Shown here: piece by piece, positions 1 to 8,942 of the stretch
Layout: the number at the start of each line of letters is the position of its first letter
How positions within the stretch are numbered: position 1 is the stretch's first letter
Assembly: GCA_964626665.1 (NCBI GenBank)
Contig: CAZVGK010000034.1
Span: forward strand, 1-29,181
Direction: 5' to 3'
DNA: 29,181 nt
Source: an uncultured Gemmatimonadota bacterium
GTDB lineage: Bacteria > SM23-81 > DAOVCL01
The notes under the pieces: generated by a model
The model's input: the letters and a program-made list of their open reading frames with translations, nothing else
Told to the model about the DNA's origin: nothing
Databases searched by the model: none
Translations under genes and position numbers: made by a program

Positions 1-116
1 TTTGTTAAACCAAGCATAAACCGTCAGGTTGAAACTGGACTTGACGAGGTCTGAAATCCAGAGAATCTGCGGTAATCTGCGTCCTATTGAGTCTGGTTGA
101 AGGGCGATGAGCTCAG

Positions 117-1037
117 TCATTTGATGATCCTGTATATAGCCTCTGCTTGGGTACGCTCTTCCCTGGGGATAGCGATTAGCCATTTGTTCAATTCCAAAAA
201 TGCCCCCACATAGGTGGGAATGTAGCTGAAGCCGTCATTTGACTTCTCACGGGTAATAAAAGGGCATTCCTGAAGTGTGGCCACCACCAGGATCTCCTCC
301 GTATCCTCATCCTTGTCAGGCAAGATCCCCATACGAAAATGAATGCCCCGAGCAAGATCGGCCTCAGAGGGAACTGAGGACCATTTATTTGCGGTGATCT
401 TGTTTTCGGGCATCATCTCGTTGGGGAACAGGAGCCTCACCTGGCCATTGGAGAGGACATTGAATACCGTTAGATAACAGTCCTCGGAGGGAAGGATCTG
501 GAGGATGAGGTCGTCTCCTTCCCGGTAGATTTTGTCCTTGTGGTTCAAGATCAGGTTGACCTTGAACCCAGGATTAGGCTCCCCCTTTTCCGCACATACC
601 TTGGCCGTCAATCGGCAGGTGTAGATGGGTATCTGGTTCTCAAAAAAGGATCGGTATTTAGATTCTTTCTCCTCGGTTATCTTCCCCGAAACCTCCGAGT
701 GAATCAACTGGGAGAAGTTGTCATAAATCCCTTTATTCGTCTCCCCTTTGAAGAGCTGCTGCACTTCATGGATCTTTACCCCCAATACCTTCTCCACAGC
801 CAATTTCCTTGCCTCTTGCCGGGCCTCCTGCTTGGCTTCCTCTGGGGTGCGATTAAGGCCGTGTATTTTGGAGGTCACGGTTACCCATCTACATTCCCCG
901 GACTTAAGGGGAGAAAGGCCCTTGCTTACCTGGGATTCCTTTGATCCTTGATCTTTGGCTGGGGCTGCCTGGCCGGTGGTCAAAGGCCAACACAGTAGAG
1001 GACAAAGCATTAAGATCAAAAACAGTGGCTTTTTCAT
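117..1037 (-). CDS. Exported DUF4384-domain protein with N-terminal FlgT-N/LPP20-like segment
   Basis: 306-aa ORF with signal peptide. N-part 'EAKQEARQEARKLAVEKVLGVKI' resembles FlgT-N-like domains. C-part 'IYREGDDLILQILPSEDCYLTVFNV..GQVRLLFPN..GxDxEEILVVAT' is DUF4384-like. Confidence 0.7.
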   Translation of the reverse strand: MKKPLFLILMLCPLLCWPLTTGQAAPAKDQGSKESQVSKGLSPLKSGECRWVTVTSKIHGLNRTPEEAKQEARQEARKLAVEKVLGVKIHEVQQLFKGETNKGIYDNFSQLIHSEVSGKITEEKESKYRSFFENQIPIYTCRLTAKVCAEKGEPNPGFKVNLILNHKDKIYREGDDLILQILPSEDCYLTVFNVLSNGQVRLLFPNEMMPENKITANKWSSVPSEADLARGIHFRMGILPDKDEDTEEILVVATLQECPFITREKSNDGFSYIPTYVGAFLELNKWLIAIPREERTQAEAIYRIIK

Positions 1038-1074
1038 AAGACCTTTGGTGATAGTTTACAGGATATGAAATAGA

Positions 1075-1157
1075 ACGCTGATGACGCAGATGTGCGCAGA
1101 TGAAAACACGCCGGTTTATAGCTGTCAGTGATCGGTAGTCAGTAGTTGATAGTCAGG
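1075..1157. repeat. Short-period tandem repeats (9-mer acgcagatg-like, then 7-mer tcagtag-like)
   Basis: aacgctgatg-acgcagatg-tgcgcagatg, followed by tcagtga-tcggtag-tcagtag-ttgatag-tcaggta. Complementary atctgcg repeats lie at about 64-82. Confidence 0.6.
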
Positions 1158-1231
1158 TATTTCAGCAAAGCTTCAGTAGAAGAACCACGAATGAACTGGC
1201 AGAAGGCGACCATAGATTGTAAGAGCTTGCC

Positions 1232-1546
1232 TTATGAGGTGACCAGTTCTAATTGCTTACCCACTAACTTATCTTTGGCCCAAAGCAGGATGTCTTTGAG
1301 CACTCCACTGGGAAACATTTGGTCCAGAACTTTCAGGTCATCCTCTGTCCACAGAGATAGATTGGCAATTGAGAAACCGACAATATCCTTGCCGTGATTG
1401 TTCTCATCGTCGAAGGTTGCTAAATCATAGCGCACGAAAAGGTCAGGTAACACTTCCTTAGTTATAGCTGCCCGAGGCGGGCCAATAGCTATTTCCATTA
1501 TATCCGTTTCTTGATCATAAGTGATCGTCAACCGCTTGTTTGCCAT
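1232..1546 (-). CDS. DUF2283-family protein, putative antitoxin
   Basis: Start reassigned to ATG at 1546 (MANKRLTITYDQETDIMEI), preceded by GGAGGAG. Carries YD..xD.h.I and 'GKDIVGFSI' motifs typical of DUF2283. Confidence 0.65.
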   Translation of the reverse strand: MANKRLTITYDQETDIMEIAIGPPRAAITKEVLPDLFVRYDLATFDDENNHGKDIVGFSIANLSLWTEDDLKVLDQMFPSGVLKDILLWAKDKLVGKQLELVTS

Positions 1547-1908
1547 ATTATTTCTCCTCCCTTTGGTTCGCTCAGCAGATGAAAGGTTATAACAGAATTT
1601 CGGTATCCCGATGGCAAATTCACATTCAGTCGCACAATGCACATAAGAAACTTATTATGCAAATTCCTCTCACCTACTTTCAACTCTTTATAGAATTTAT
1701 AGAAACGGATTGCATATTGTTTTCTGTTTCGTTGGGTAAAATCTGGATTTTCTATCACACCAGAAAGCATATCCATCATTTTCTCTGTTTCTGGATGGTG
1801 CTCTATGATATGTCTTTTTCTCTCCTCGGTTAGGTACACATCCAAATCCCTTAATTCAGGGGCAACTCCTTTGATATACACCTGGTCCATCCTGCCCAGT
1901 CTGATCAC
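1528..1908 (-). CDS. Putative BECR/RelE-like ribonuclease toxin
   Basis: GTG start with GGAG SD. 'VYLTEERKRHIIEHHPE..VIENPD' plus a C-terminal 'VIT' strand fits PBECR/DUF4258-like nucleases. Overlaps the downstream DUF2283 gene by 19 nt. Confidence 0.55.
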   Translation of the reverse strand: MIRLGRMDQVYIKGVAPELRDLDVYLTEERKRHIIEHHPETEKMMDMLSGVIENPDFTQRNRKQYAIRFYKFYKELKVGERNLHNKFLMCIVRLNVNLPSGYRNSVITFHLLSEPKGGEIIWQTSG

Positions 1909-2213
1909 TTTATCTTCTCCGAAGCGTAATTCTCAGTCAACTTGGAAAGGGTAAGACGCTCTTCATCCCTGTTAACCAGGAATTTCTATCTTCTAATGGG
2001 TTATCATTAAATCTTCTGGCAAGTTCACTTATTCTCATTTGTCATTTTGCTCCAGAATTGGCGGACGGATTTGGACTATCCGGAATCTCCCTCCGGATGT
2101 TTTTGGCCATCTCTCCCACACTTCCATTGTTTAACAGTTCACCATGGAAACTTACGGAATGTTCAACTAAACAATTAGCAAGTTAAAATGAAAAGAGAAA
2201 ATGCCATTTTCCA

Positions 2214-2244
2214 TTGATAATTGTTCATTGATCATTGACCATTT
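2214..2244. repeat. Heptamer tandem repeat (attgata/attgttc/attgatc/attgacc)
   Basis: Four degenerate 7-mers just downstream of the lipoprotein stop codon. Confidence 0.6.
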
Positions 2245-2263
2245 TGGGGGGAGTCCGTGGCGC

Positions 2264-3046
2264 TCAGTGGTGAATTATTGTCCTTTTCGGACAGCGGGCC
2301 AAGACCCAATGCACCCCCGCCCCGGGATCCACCCAACGGGCGACTATCTGAGCTTCCCGAAGGGTTACACCTGTGCTCTCTACGGTAACCTGGTGAAGGT
2401 TATCTCTACTCTTTCGCGAAAGTTGTTGCAATTTGGTCTTCTGGCCCCACGCAAGTTGGATGCGGGCCCTCCGCTCCGCCTCCAGCCAAGAGTTGGATTC
2501 GTGGAGATATTCAGGGGAAACGCCGCGGGCATAATCGTAGTCGTGGTTAGAAGGCAGCTTTTTTATCCAGGTGGGTTCGGATTTCAGGGAGATAGGTCTG
2601 TTGTGGACATTGATTTCCTTAGTGCTCACCAGAACGATTACCATTCCACCAACCTGAGCGCTGTCCAAGCAGGTTAGTTTAGGCTTGAGCATTTTCAGCA
2701 GGGTGGAGTCAACCTCTTCTGAGACGGTGCTCCCCTTGTAAGCTGTCCCCCTTTCGCCGGAGACAAAAGCCTGCTCCCCGCGGATGGATACCCAATATGC
2801 CTTAGCCAAGTTCAAGAGGCCATTATCCTTGGCCTCTTGCCAAGATGACTTTATGTTCATATAAGCTGGAGAATACCCCACGGCGAGGATCGCTCCTCGC
2901 CGTAGGAGCATCTCCGTAAACCAGCGGGGGTAAGGCCGGGTTTCCCTGGGAGGGCCCTTCTTTAGTAACCCCCTTCCACACCCACCGGCCAGAAAGGTGA
3001 CAAATCCCAAAAGGAGAAAAGGCTTTACCCACTTATTATGGGTCAT
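2264..3046 (-). CDS. LPP20-like lipoprotein, probably two domains
   Basis: Lipobox-like LAGG-C. Two units of P-W...(G)xS...A...(A/G)...LA typical of LPP20. Confidence 0.65.
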   Translation of the reverse strand: MTHNKWVKPFLLLGFVTFLAGGCGRGLLKKGPPRETRPYPRWFTEMLLRRGAILAVGYSPAYMNIKSSWQEAKDNGLLNLAKAYWVSIRGEQAFVSGERGTAYKGSTVSEEVDSTLLKMLKPKLTCLDSAQVGGMVIVLVSTKEINVHNRPISLKSEPTWIKKLPSNHDYDYARGVSPEYLHESNSWLEAERRARIQLAWGQKTKLQQLSRKSRDNLHQVTVESTGVTLREAQIVARWVDPGAGVHWVLARCPKRTIIHH

Positions 3047-3056
3047 ATCAAAGGGC

Positions 3057-3632
3057 TTAGGGGAGACCTTGCTCTTTCTTGTATTCCCTATATTCTTTTA
3101 CCTCTTTTTCCAGTTCCTTAAAGGTCTGAGAAGCCCGGAAGCGGGTATACATCTCCTTATCCTTGCTAATACCATCCACCAACCCTTTGTCCGCCTCGTT
3201 GAGGTTACACTCCATTAGCACACAGGCCCTCCAGGCAGTCCCCTCTTGTTTGGTATCCTGATACCTGACCTTAACGCCCCTTAGGGTCTGGTCTATGACA
3301 ATTTTGGTGGCCTGAGTAAACTTGGCATAGAGGTTGGCATCCTGGCCCAAGCCTACTTCTTCGTCAAATTTCTTGGTCAACCCGCTAATGTGCAGCTCAA
3401 CCTGCTTGGCGATTTCGGCTGTCCCCTCGGTCTTGGCCTTGTTGATGGCTATCTGAAGATCACGGGAGACTGCCGTAGCTGCCCCAAAGGAATAGTTGGG
3501 ATCCTCCGGAACATTGGAGAACCAGTCAGGGCAGGGGCCACTGGAGCCGGACTTCACCTTCTGTGATGATCCGGCACAGGAGGCCAGAATGCCGGCCAGG
3601 AGAAGGACTGCAAAGAGCTTGAGCTCTCTCAT
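3057..3632 (-). CDS. LPP20-family lipoprotein
   Basis: Lipobox LAS-C. LPP20 pattern 'PDWF..P..Y.FG.A.A.S.DLQIAINKAK..G.AEIAKQV'. SD GGAGGG. Confidence 0.75.
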   Translation of the reverse strand: MRELKLFAVLLLAGILASCAGSSQKVKSGSSGPCPDWFSNVPEDPNYSFGAATAVSRDLQIAINKAKTEGTAEIAKQVELHISGLTKKFDEEVGLGQDANLYAKFTQATKIVIDQTLRGVKVRYQDTKQEGTAWRACVLMECNLNEADKGLVDGISKDKEMYTRFRASQTFKELEKEVKEYREYKKEQGLP

Positions 3633-3695
3633 CTTCCCTCCTTGGTTAAAGGTTTATGGAACCTACTTGTTGAAACCTCCGTATAAGAGGAGATT

Positions 3696-3721
3696 GGACA
3701 GACCTGAAGGTCTGTCCCTAC
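3696..3721. repeat. GTAG-type REP palindrome (family B)
   Basis: ggacagacc-tgaa-ggtctgtcc-ctac; an identical copy is at 11592-11617. Confidence 0.8.
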
Positions 3722-3730
3722 TTCTTGGAT

Positions 3731-3759
3731 ATTATAATCACATTGAAGGGGGATGGCAA
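3731..3759 (-). promoter_or_regulatory. Sigma-70-like promoter for the LPP20 genes
   Basis: Minus strand TTGCCA-N17-TATAAT. Confidence 0.6.
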
Positions 3760-3943
3760 CATTTTTTAGGTGCTGGCTAAAATATGAACACTGATTCCTA
3801 ATGATCGGGGTCTAACCTACAAACTTTACCATAGTTACTAAAATTCTCTTACAATCGTATAGACACACATTGCCTCTGCAACCTTGACCTTCCTTGCTTA
3901 TATCTTTCGAAGCAACTTTACAACAGGTATAGGCGCACATACA

Positions 3944-6520
3944 TCAATACCGCACGATGACCTTATTCATATCACCTGATATTTGTGGCGTCTGGTTTCG
4001 ATTACTCAACTTCCTTGCCATATATCGAACATTGTCATCAATGAAGCTTTTGATTTCGCCCAAGGTAAGTTTTCTGTCCTTATTCTTGTTTGCATTTCCC
4101 TGCAATGCCTTCAGAAAATAATAGGTAAAAAGTGAATGTTTCTTTTCTGGATACCAGCAGGAAACCTGGGTGCCTGTAGCCGAAGTTAAGATCACACTGT
4201 TCTTTTTGGTGGTAACAGGATTGTCAACCTGGATAAAGACAGGTGAGATATTCTTCAAGAGCATCCCTGCTTCTGATGAGCCACTGAAACAGGCGTCGAT
4301 GACCACAGTTAACGATTTATACCTCATTTTGGAGAGGTTCCTATAGAATGTGTCCAATGAATACCCGTTTAGAGAAACCAATGAAGGGTCGCAATCTACT
4401 GGCATAAAATATCCCTTTTTGCTCTCCGGCTCGGGTACACCGTGTCCGCTATAATATATGAAAACATCTGCTGGACTAAGGTCAACAAGGTTAAAGAGTT
4501 TACCTTTATAATTCTTCTCTGTGCCGAAAATACTGTTAAAATCTGCCAGAGAGGCATCTGGTTTACAAATTATATTCCCTTCACGATAGCCCAGTGCCTT
4601 AATTAAATATTCTCTCACAAGATGAGCATCACGATTCGCAAAATCAACAGGCGGTACGTCCTTTGATGTATAATTCCGATTGCCGATAACTACCGCAATT
4701 GCATTCTTATTGGTCTTACTCGTTCTGGGGATGTTGGTTTCAATATCAATGGTGAGTTTGGGGGTTCCTGGGATCTCCTGCCATTGATGTTTCTTCCCCT
4801 CAATATCAATGTCTTTTGCTGCTAAAGTGGTTTTGTTCAATTGAAGACCAAGACTCTTCCCTGAAATCCCATACCTGTTGTAATGTTCGGTTAAATCTAT
4901 TGTGATTGGCAAATTCGAACTGCCTAAATAGCGATTGTTAATATAAAAGCAAAACTTCACACTTTTGAAATCTCCCCTTTCAAGGTCTCCAAGTGAAAAC
5001 ACTTTAGGACCCCAGTATGAAATGTTCTTATCATCAACTTTCACTTTTGCCTTAACGTCTTCAGCCTTTCCCTGACCCTGATTTTGAATGATAGCTGTAA
5101 CCTCAATGGTCTCCATATTCTCAATGATATTGTCACCATCCCCGGATGTGTTATCACTTTCACTGTCATCAATACCCACATCTGTAATGACAAGTTTTGG
5201 CTCCAGAAACCTCTGTGTGCCAAATGAGAAGTTGAGTGGTGGAGCATCAAAACCATTCCCTTCTTTGAACTGTATGTGCACTGTCGCCTTTCCACTGGGA
5301 ACATCCCAATCTGCAGAGACAGGAATAATTATCTTTGCAGTGCCAGAGGGCACAATCTTGCGTATGGGAGGTTTGTCAATCTCAAAAGTCAGATGCTTGG
5401 TAATATTTGATTTATCTATCCTAATTACCGGCTCCAGATTCCATGCATTCCCCCTCCCATTGTTCCTTATCGTTACTCGTATTTTGCCCTTCTCCAATGC
5501 ATCAAGAAGCATATTTCCGCTTGGCTCCTTCAGGGTAGCATCCACTGCCAAAATTGGCGGGAATTTCTCCCTTACTGTATACGGCACAAGGGGTAGATTT
5601 ACATTGCCACTTGCAGTAAAGCCATCCTTTTCCAAACATTTGATGGAAATATTTGCTTCCTTTGTTCTTTCCAAGTCCTTATTAGCCTTAAGGGGAATGG
5701 TTACTGTCTTCTCGCTGTAAGGTTCGATGTTGCCAACCTCATAGTTTCCGGCAAATGAAAGCTCGCCGCTTGAAGCGCCACTCAGGCTTAATTCCAATTC
5801 CACATCTTCAGCAAGCCCCCTGCCTTCATTCTCAACAGTAACCTGTAAATCTTTTTCCTTCCCCCCTACAATGGAGTTCTCATAGTCAGGGAATTTAGTT
5901 TTTATTCTCAAGGATGGATTGGGGAGACGAATCTTGCGCGTTTTATAGGTTCTTCTATTCAGTTCGAAGGATTGAACCCCAGCGGATACTTCAATAAAAA
6001 AGCCATCCAATCTGCCAACATCTACAATTCCACGCAGGTCGGTAAAAGACATTTTTCTTTTCCATTCACCAAACTGAAACCTGTATCCAGCAGAAATCGA
6101 AAGCAAAACCTCAGAATCTAATCGAAGAGCTATTTCTCCAATGTAGGGTGTTTTATAACTATCATAATCAATATTTTCGTCATTATCCTTGTCGGAAGAT
6201 ACTAAACTACACCAGGAGTTGATCCCTAATCTACTCGAAAGAGGAAAATACAGACCAACGGGAAGCCATAGTTGTATGCTTTTATTGTTGCTGCCAATAC
6301 CCGTTCCGACTCCGTAATTAAAGTACTTATAACGCAGATGTATTATTCCTACTTTGTAGCCTATTCTATTACCAACATAACCAGCAAGTGAAATTAAGTT
6401 AGTCGATTTACGTGGATACCATCTACTTTTTCGTATTACCCCATACTTTTGCTGCGCGTCTGAGTTGTTATAACAAAGAAGAAAAGCAAAGATTAATGAA
6501 AGTCCTATCACTTTTTTCAT
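3944..6520 (-). CDS. Secreted caspase-family (peptidase C14) protein with three CARDB/Ig-like repeats
   Basis: Signal peptide. Three repeats (VENEGRGLAEDV, IRNNGRGNAWNL, IQNQGQGKAEDV). C-terminal AVVIGN..Y, YYSGHG (catalytic His) and IDACFSG (catalytic Cys). Visibly AT-richer than its neighbours. Confidence 0.85.
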   Translation of the reverse strand: MKKVIGLSLIFAFLLCYNNSDAQQKYGVIRKSRWYPRKSTNLISLAGYVGNRIGYKVGIIHLRYKYFNYGVGTGIGSNNKSIQLWLPVGLYFPLSSRLGINSWCSLVSSDKDNDENIDYDSYKTPYIGEIALRLDSEVLLSISAGYRFQFGEWKRKMSFTDLRGIVDVGRLDGFFIEVSAGVQSFELNRRTYKTRKIRLPNPSLRIKTKFPDYENSIVGGKEKDLQVTVENEGRGLAEDVELELSLSGASSGELSFAGNYEVGNIEPYSEKTVTIPLKANKDLERTKEANISIKCLEKDGFTASGNVNLPLVPYTVREKFPPILAVDATLKEPSGNMLLDALEKGKIRVTIRNNGRGNAWNLEPVIRIDKSNITKHLTFEIDKPPIRKIVPSGTAKIIIPVSADWDVPSGKATVHIQFKEGNGFDAPPLNFSFGTQRFLEPKLVITDVGIDDSESDNTSGDGDNIIENMETIEVTAIIQNQGQGKAEDVKAKVKVDDKNISYWGPKVFSLGDLERGDFKSVKFCFYINNRYLGSSNLPITIDLTEHYNRYGISGKSLGLQLNKTTLAAKDIDIEGKKHQWQEIPGTPKLTIDIETNIPRTSKTNKNAIAVVIGNRNYTSKDVPPVDFANRDAHLVREYLIKALGYREGNIICKPDASLADFNSIFGTEKNYKGKLFNLVDLSPADVFIYYSGHGVPEPESKKGYFMPVDCDPSLVSLNGYSLDTFYRNLSKMRYKSLTVVIDACFSGSSEAGMLLKNISPVFIQVDNPVTTKKNSVILTSATGTQVSCWYPEKKHSLFTYYFLKALQGNANKNKDRKLTLGEIKSFIDDNVRYMARKLSNRNQTPQISGDMNKVIVRY

Positions 6521-6753
6521 TTTCGTTTACCCCCTTTTCTATTAGGGTTGAAAATAAGGTTAATGTCTCCATTTAATTTTGTAGAATACAATATTTCAAG
6601 AGTTCTATTAAAGACCATTTGTGGTCTGTCAGCTTAGCGGCCAAAGTTGTTAGGGCGTTCCTGTTTGTCTTTGTTCTCCAAAGAGCCGTGTGAGCATACT
6701 AAATTGTAGTCATATGGCGTGCCTAGTCTTAGATCATGTTATAAAGTTGAGTC

Positions 6754-7923
6754 CTATTGTTTCCACTCATTGTAGAGTTTCATCCGATTATCTACCTTTA
6801 CCAGGTAGTCCCTGGTTTCCTCATAAGGTAGATTCCGTTTTAGCTGTTGAAATACTTTGTTGGGCCCCATCTTGTTTATCTGTCCTATCGCTCGGTTTAC
6901 CTTTTTCGAACCAATGATGGCTTTGCTCACATTTCCGGGACCTGTGTTGTAGGCGCTTATCATACAGTAGCGCCTGCTGTCTGGATTGTTTATCCCACCA
7001 AAGTAATTTTTGCCAAGGATGTGCAGGTAGGCACATCCCAGTTCGATGTTCTTCTGTGGATTGTAGAGATAATTTGGGGAGAGGAGTCGGTCCTCTTGGT
7101 GAATGAATATGTAGGCTTCCCTTGCCCCGGAGGAGGGGACCAGTTGCATAAGGCCGAAGGCGGGGGCATTGGATCTGGCTTTGGGGTTAAAGTAGGATTC
7201 GGTGTGAATTACGGCGAAGACCAATCTGGAATCCAGCTTATATTTCTGAGCATATCTCCGCACCGTCTGCAGAAACCTTTGAGCACGAATTCTGATATGA
7301 TTGGGAACCAGGGGAAAGGTGACGGTAAGCTTAACCCGTTTAACCCCATCCTTGGAAGGGAACACCTTCCTCTTCACTTTTTTGACAATTTCCCTGGCGA
7401 AGGAGAGGGCATTTTTTGCCGTTACCGGCCTTCCCTTCTTGTCTTTCAGTTGACCTTGGAGAACTTGCTGGGGGCTTAAAGGACGAGGCTTTTGATCCTT
7501 GACCTCGTAGTCCATTGTCTTGCCCTTGTCGGCAACCAATTTCTCAACCGTTTTGGCTAACTTCTCCGTTGCTAACTTGGGTTGAGATTTATCCTCTTGC
7601 TCGGTTACTATCACTTCAACTTTAGCCTCACCCTTCTCAAAATCAACCACGCTACGGGAGTTTAGGTCATCACCATATTCCACCCAATCCTTATCGGTTG
7701 AGCTAGCGAATTTGTCCCATTTCTGCTCTACCTCATACCTGAACTGAGCATAGGCAATGCTGTCCGCTCTGAGAAAATCCGCATACTGCTTGGTCACCTG
7801 TTGGGTGAATTGGGCATACTCCTTCCTCTGCTGGCGGAGCCACTCCTCGTAAGTTTGCTGGGAGTAGGCTACTTGCACCAGCGACAGAAGCAACCCTGAA
7901 ACGACAAGCCACTTTCTTAGCAT
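6754..7923 (-). CDS. MltC-like lytic murein transglycosylase (DUF3393 + SLT domain)
   Basis: SLT motifs TESYFNP, GLMQL, AYNTG and ETRDY. N-terminal 'WVEY....SRSVVDFEKG' is DUF3393-like. Signal peptide lacks a lipobox. Confidence 0.85.
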   Translation of the reverse strand: MLRKWLVVSGLLLSLVQVAYSQQTYEEWLRQQRKEYAQFTQQVTKQYADFLRADSIAYAQFRYEVEQKWDKFASSTDKDWVEYGDDLNSRSVVDFEKGEAKVEVIVTEQEDKSQPKLATEKLAKTVEKLVADKGKTMDYEVKDQKPRPLSPQQVLQGQLKDKKGRPVTAKNALSFAREIVKKVKRKVFPSKDGVKRVKLTVTFPLVPNHIRIRAQRFLQTVRRYAQKYKLDSRLVFAVIHTESYFNPKARSNAPAFGLMQLVPSSGAREAYIFIHQEDRLLSPNYLYNPQKNIELGCAYLHILGKNYFGGINNPDSRRYCMISAYNTGPGNVSKAIIGSKKVNRAIGQINKMGPNKVFQQLKRNLPYEETRDYLVKVDNRMKLYNEWKQ

Positions 7924-8150
7924 TTTCCCTCCTTCGGTGAGCAGTCCCCAGGAAGGGGATTTGCACCTTTTAGGAAAACTGTTGAAATAACTCTAAGGAG
8001 ATTGGATTTGACATTTCAATAAGGTATTAGGCGATGTCGTGGGCTACCTTTTGTATACATCTCCGCGACTTCTGATTGCTTTTTGAGAATGTGCAGGTAG
8101 GGCTCTTGCCCTGACGAGGGGAGACTTTCTTGGGTTCCCTGAGTAGCCAA

Positions 8151-8267
8151 CTTCTACCGCACTTTAGTGCGGGTTCAGGGCCTTTAGGCCCTGAGGGCAT
8201 TGCAATGTAGTCGCGCCCCCTGGGCTGAAGCCCAGGGGAGGTTACCCCGGCTAAAGCCGGGTAGAAG
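8151..8267. repeat. Four-hairpin palindromic element (family A), inverted copy
   Basis: CTTCTACC...GGTAGAAG termini. Hairpins ccgcactttagtgcgg, ggcctttaggcc, gggctgaagccc and ccggctaaagccgg. Confidence 0.8.
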
Positions 8268-8268
8268 T

Positions 8269-8320
8269 GTAGGGGTCGCATTTATGCGACCCGCATGGGC
8301 TTGATAAATCAAGCCCCTAC
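8269..8320. repeat. GTAG-type REP doublet
   Basis: gtaggggtcgcatttatgcgacc...gggcttgataaatcaagcccctac. Confidence 0.7.
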
Positions 8321-8567
8321 CCTCTCCCCTGGTGGAGCCAATTCTCACCCTCTCCTTAGTCCTCCCCCATCAAGGGGGAGGAGAATGTTGGAGGTGTCTT
8401 TTCCCATACCCCTTGTATCGTTTATCATCCAGCCTCCCCTTGGGGTTATCATCCGCAATTGTAAGGATCCCACTTTAATCGAAATCGGACGGGGTTGAGT
8501 TCATCCCTCTGAATCTATCCTGAGATTCGAGACATCGGCCAGTTGTAAAACCTACCCTTCCTCTTTG

Positions 8568-8789
8568 TTAAGTGGACTCAGGGGGTTTGACTGGTTGTTG
8601 GATAATCTTCTGCACCCTACCGGACCTGAGACATTGGGTACAGACGGTGAGTTTCTTTGGGGTCCCGTTCACCATCACCCTGACCTTTTGTAGGTTGGGA
8701 TACCATCTGCGCTTGGTGCGGTTCTTGGCATGGCTGACCCGATTGCCAAACATCGGCCGTTTGCCGCAAATATCGCATACTTTAGCCAT
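8568..8789 (-). CDS. rpmB: 50S ribosomal protein L28
   Basis: [34 protein letters not shown] with C-terminal CTQC. SD GGAGG. Confidence 0.97.
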   Translation of the reverse strand: MAKVCDICGKRPMFGNRVSHAKNRTKRRWYPNLQKVRVMVNGTPKKLTVCTQCLRSGRVQKIIQQPVKPPEST

Positions 8790-8817
8790 CTCTTCCTCCT
8801 AAGTTTATGAATAGAAC

Positions 8818-8856
8818 AGCCTAAAGGCTCTTGACCCGCACTAAAGTGCGGTAGAA
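8818..8856. repeat. Partial family A element (right end only)
   Basis: agcctaaaggctcttgacccgcactaaagtgcggtagaa. Confidence 0.75.
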
Positions 8857-8942
8857 CGAACGCCTATCCGTCAGGGCGGAGCCCTGACGGTACAACCTCC
8901 CGCCATTTCGTTGGTTTCGGTGTCATTCGGTGTTTCTACAGA

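Noticed and set aside
1547..1642. N-terminal extension of the DUF2283 ORF in the ORF track
   Set aside because: It overlaps the upstream gene, and a strong SD supports ATG at 1546.
5088..7479. Long plus-strand ORFs (5088-5720 and 6847-7479) and similar antisense ORFs elsewhere
   Set aside because: They are shadows of well-supported opposite-strand genes.
8027..8498. ORFs 8027-8281 (-) and 8295-8498 (+)
   Set aside because: They are translations of palindromic repeats with no protein-like features.
8390..8560. Possible ncRNA downstream of rpmB
   Set aside because: No recognisable 6S, SRP, tmRNA or riboswitch motif by eye; an Infernal search would be needed.
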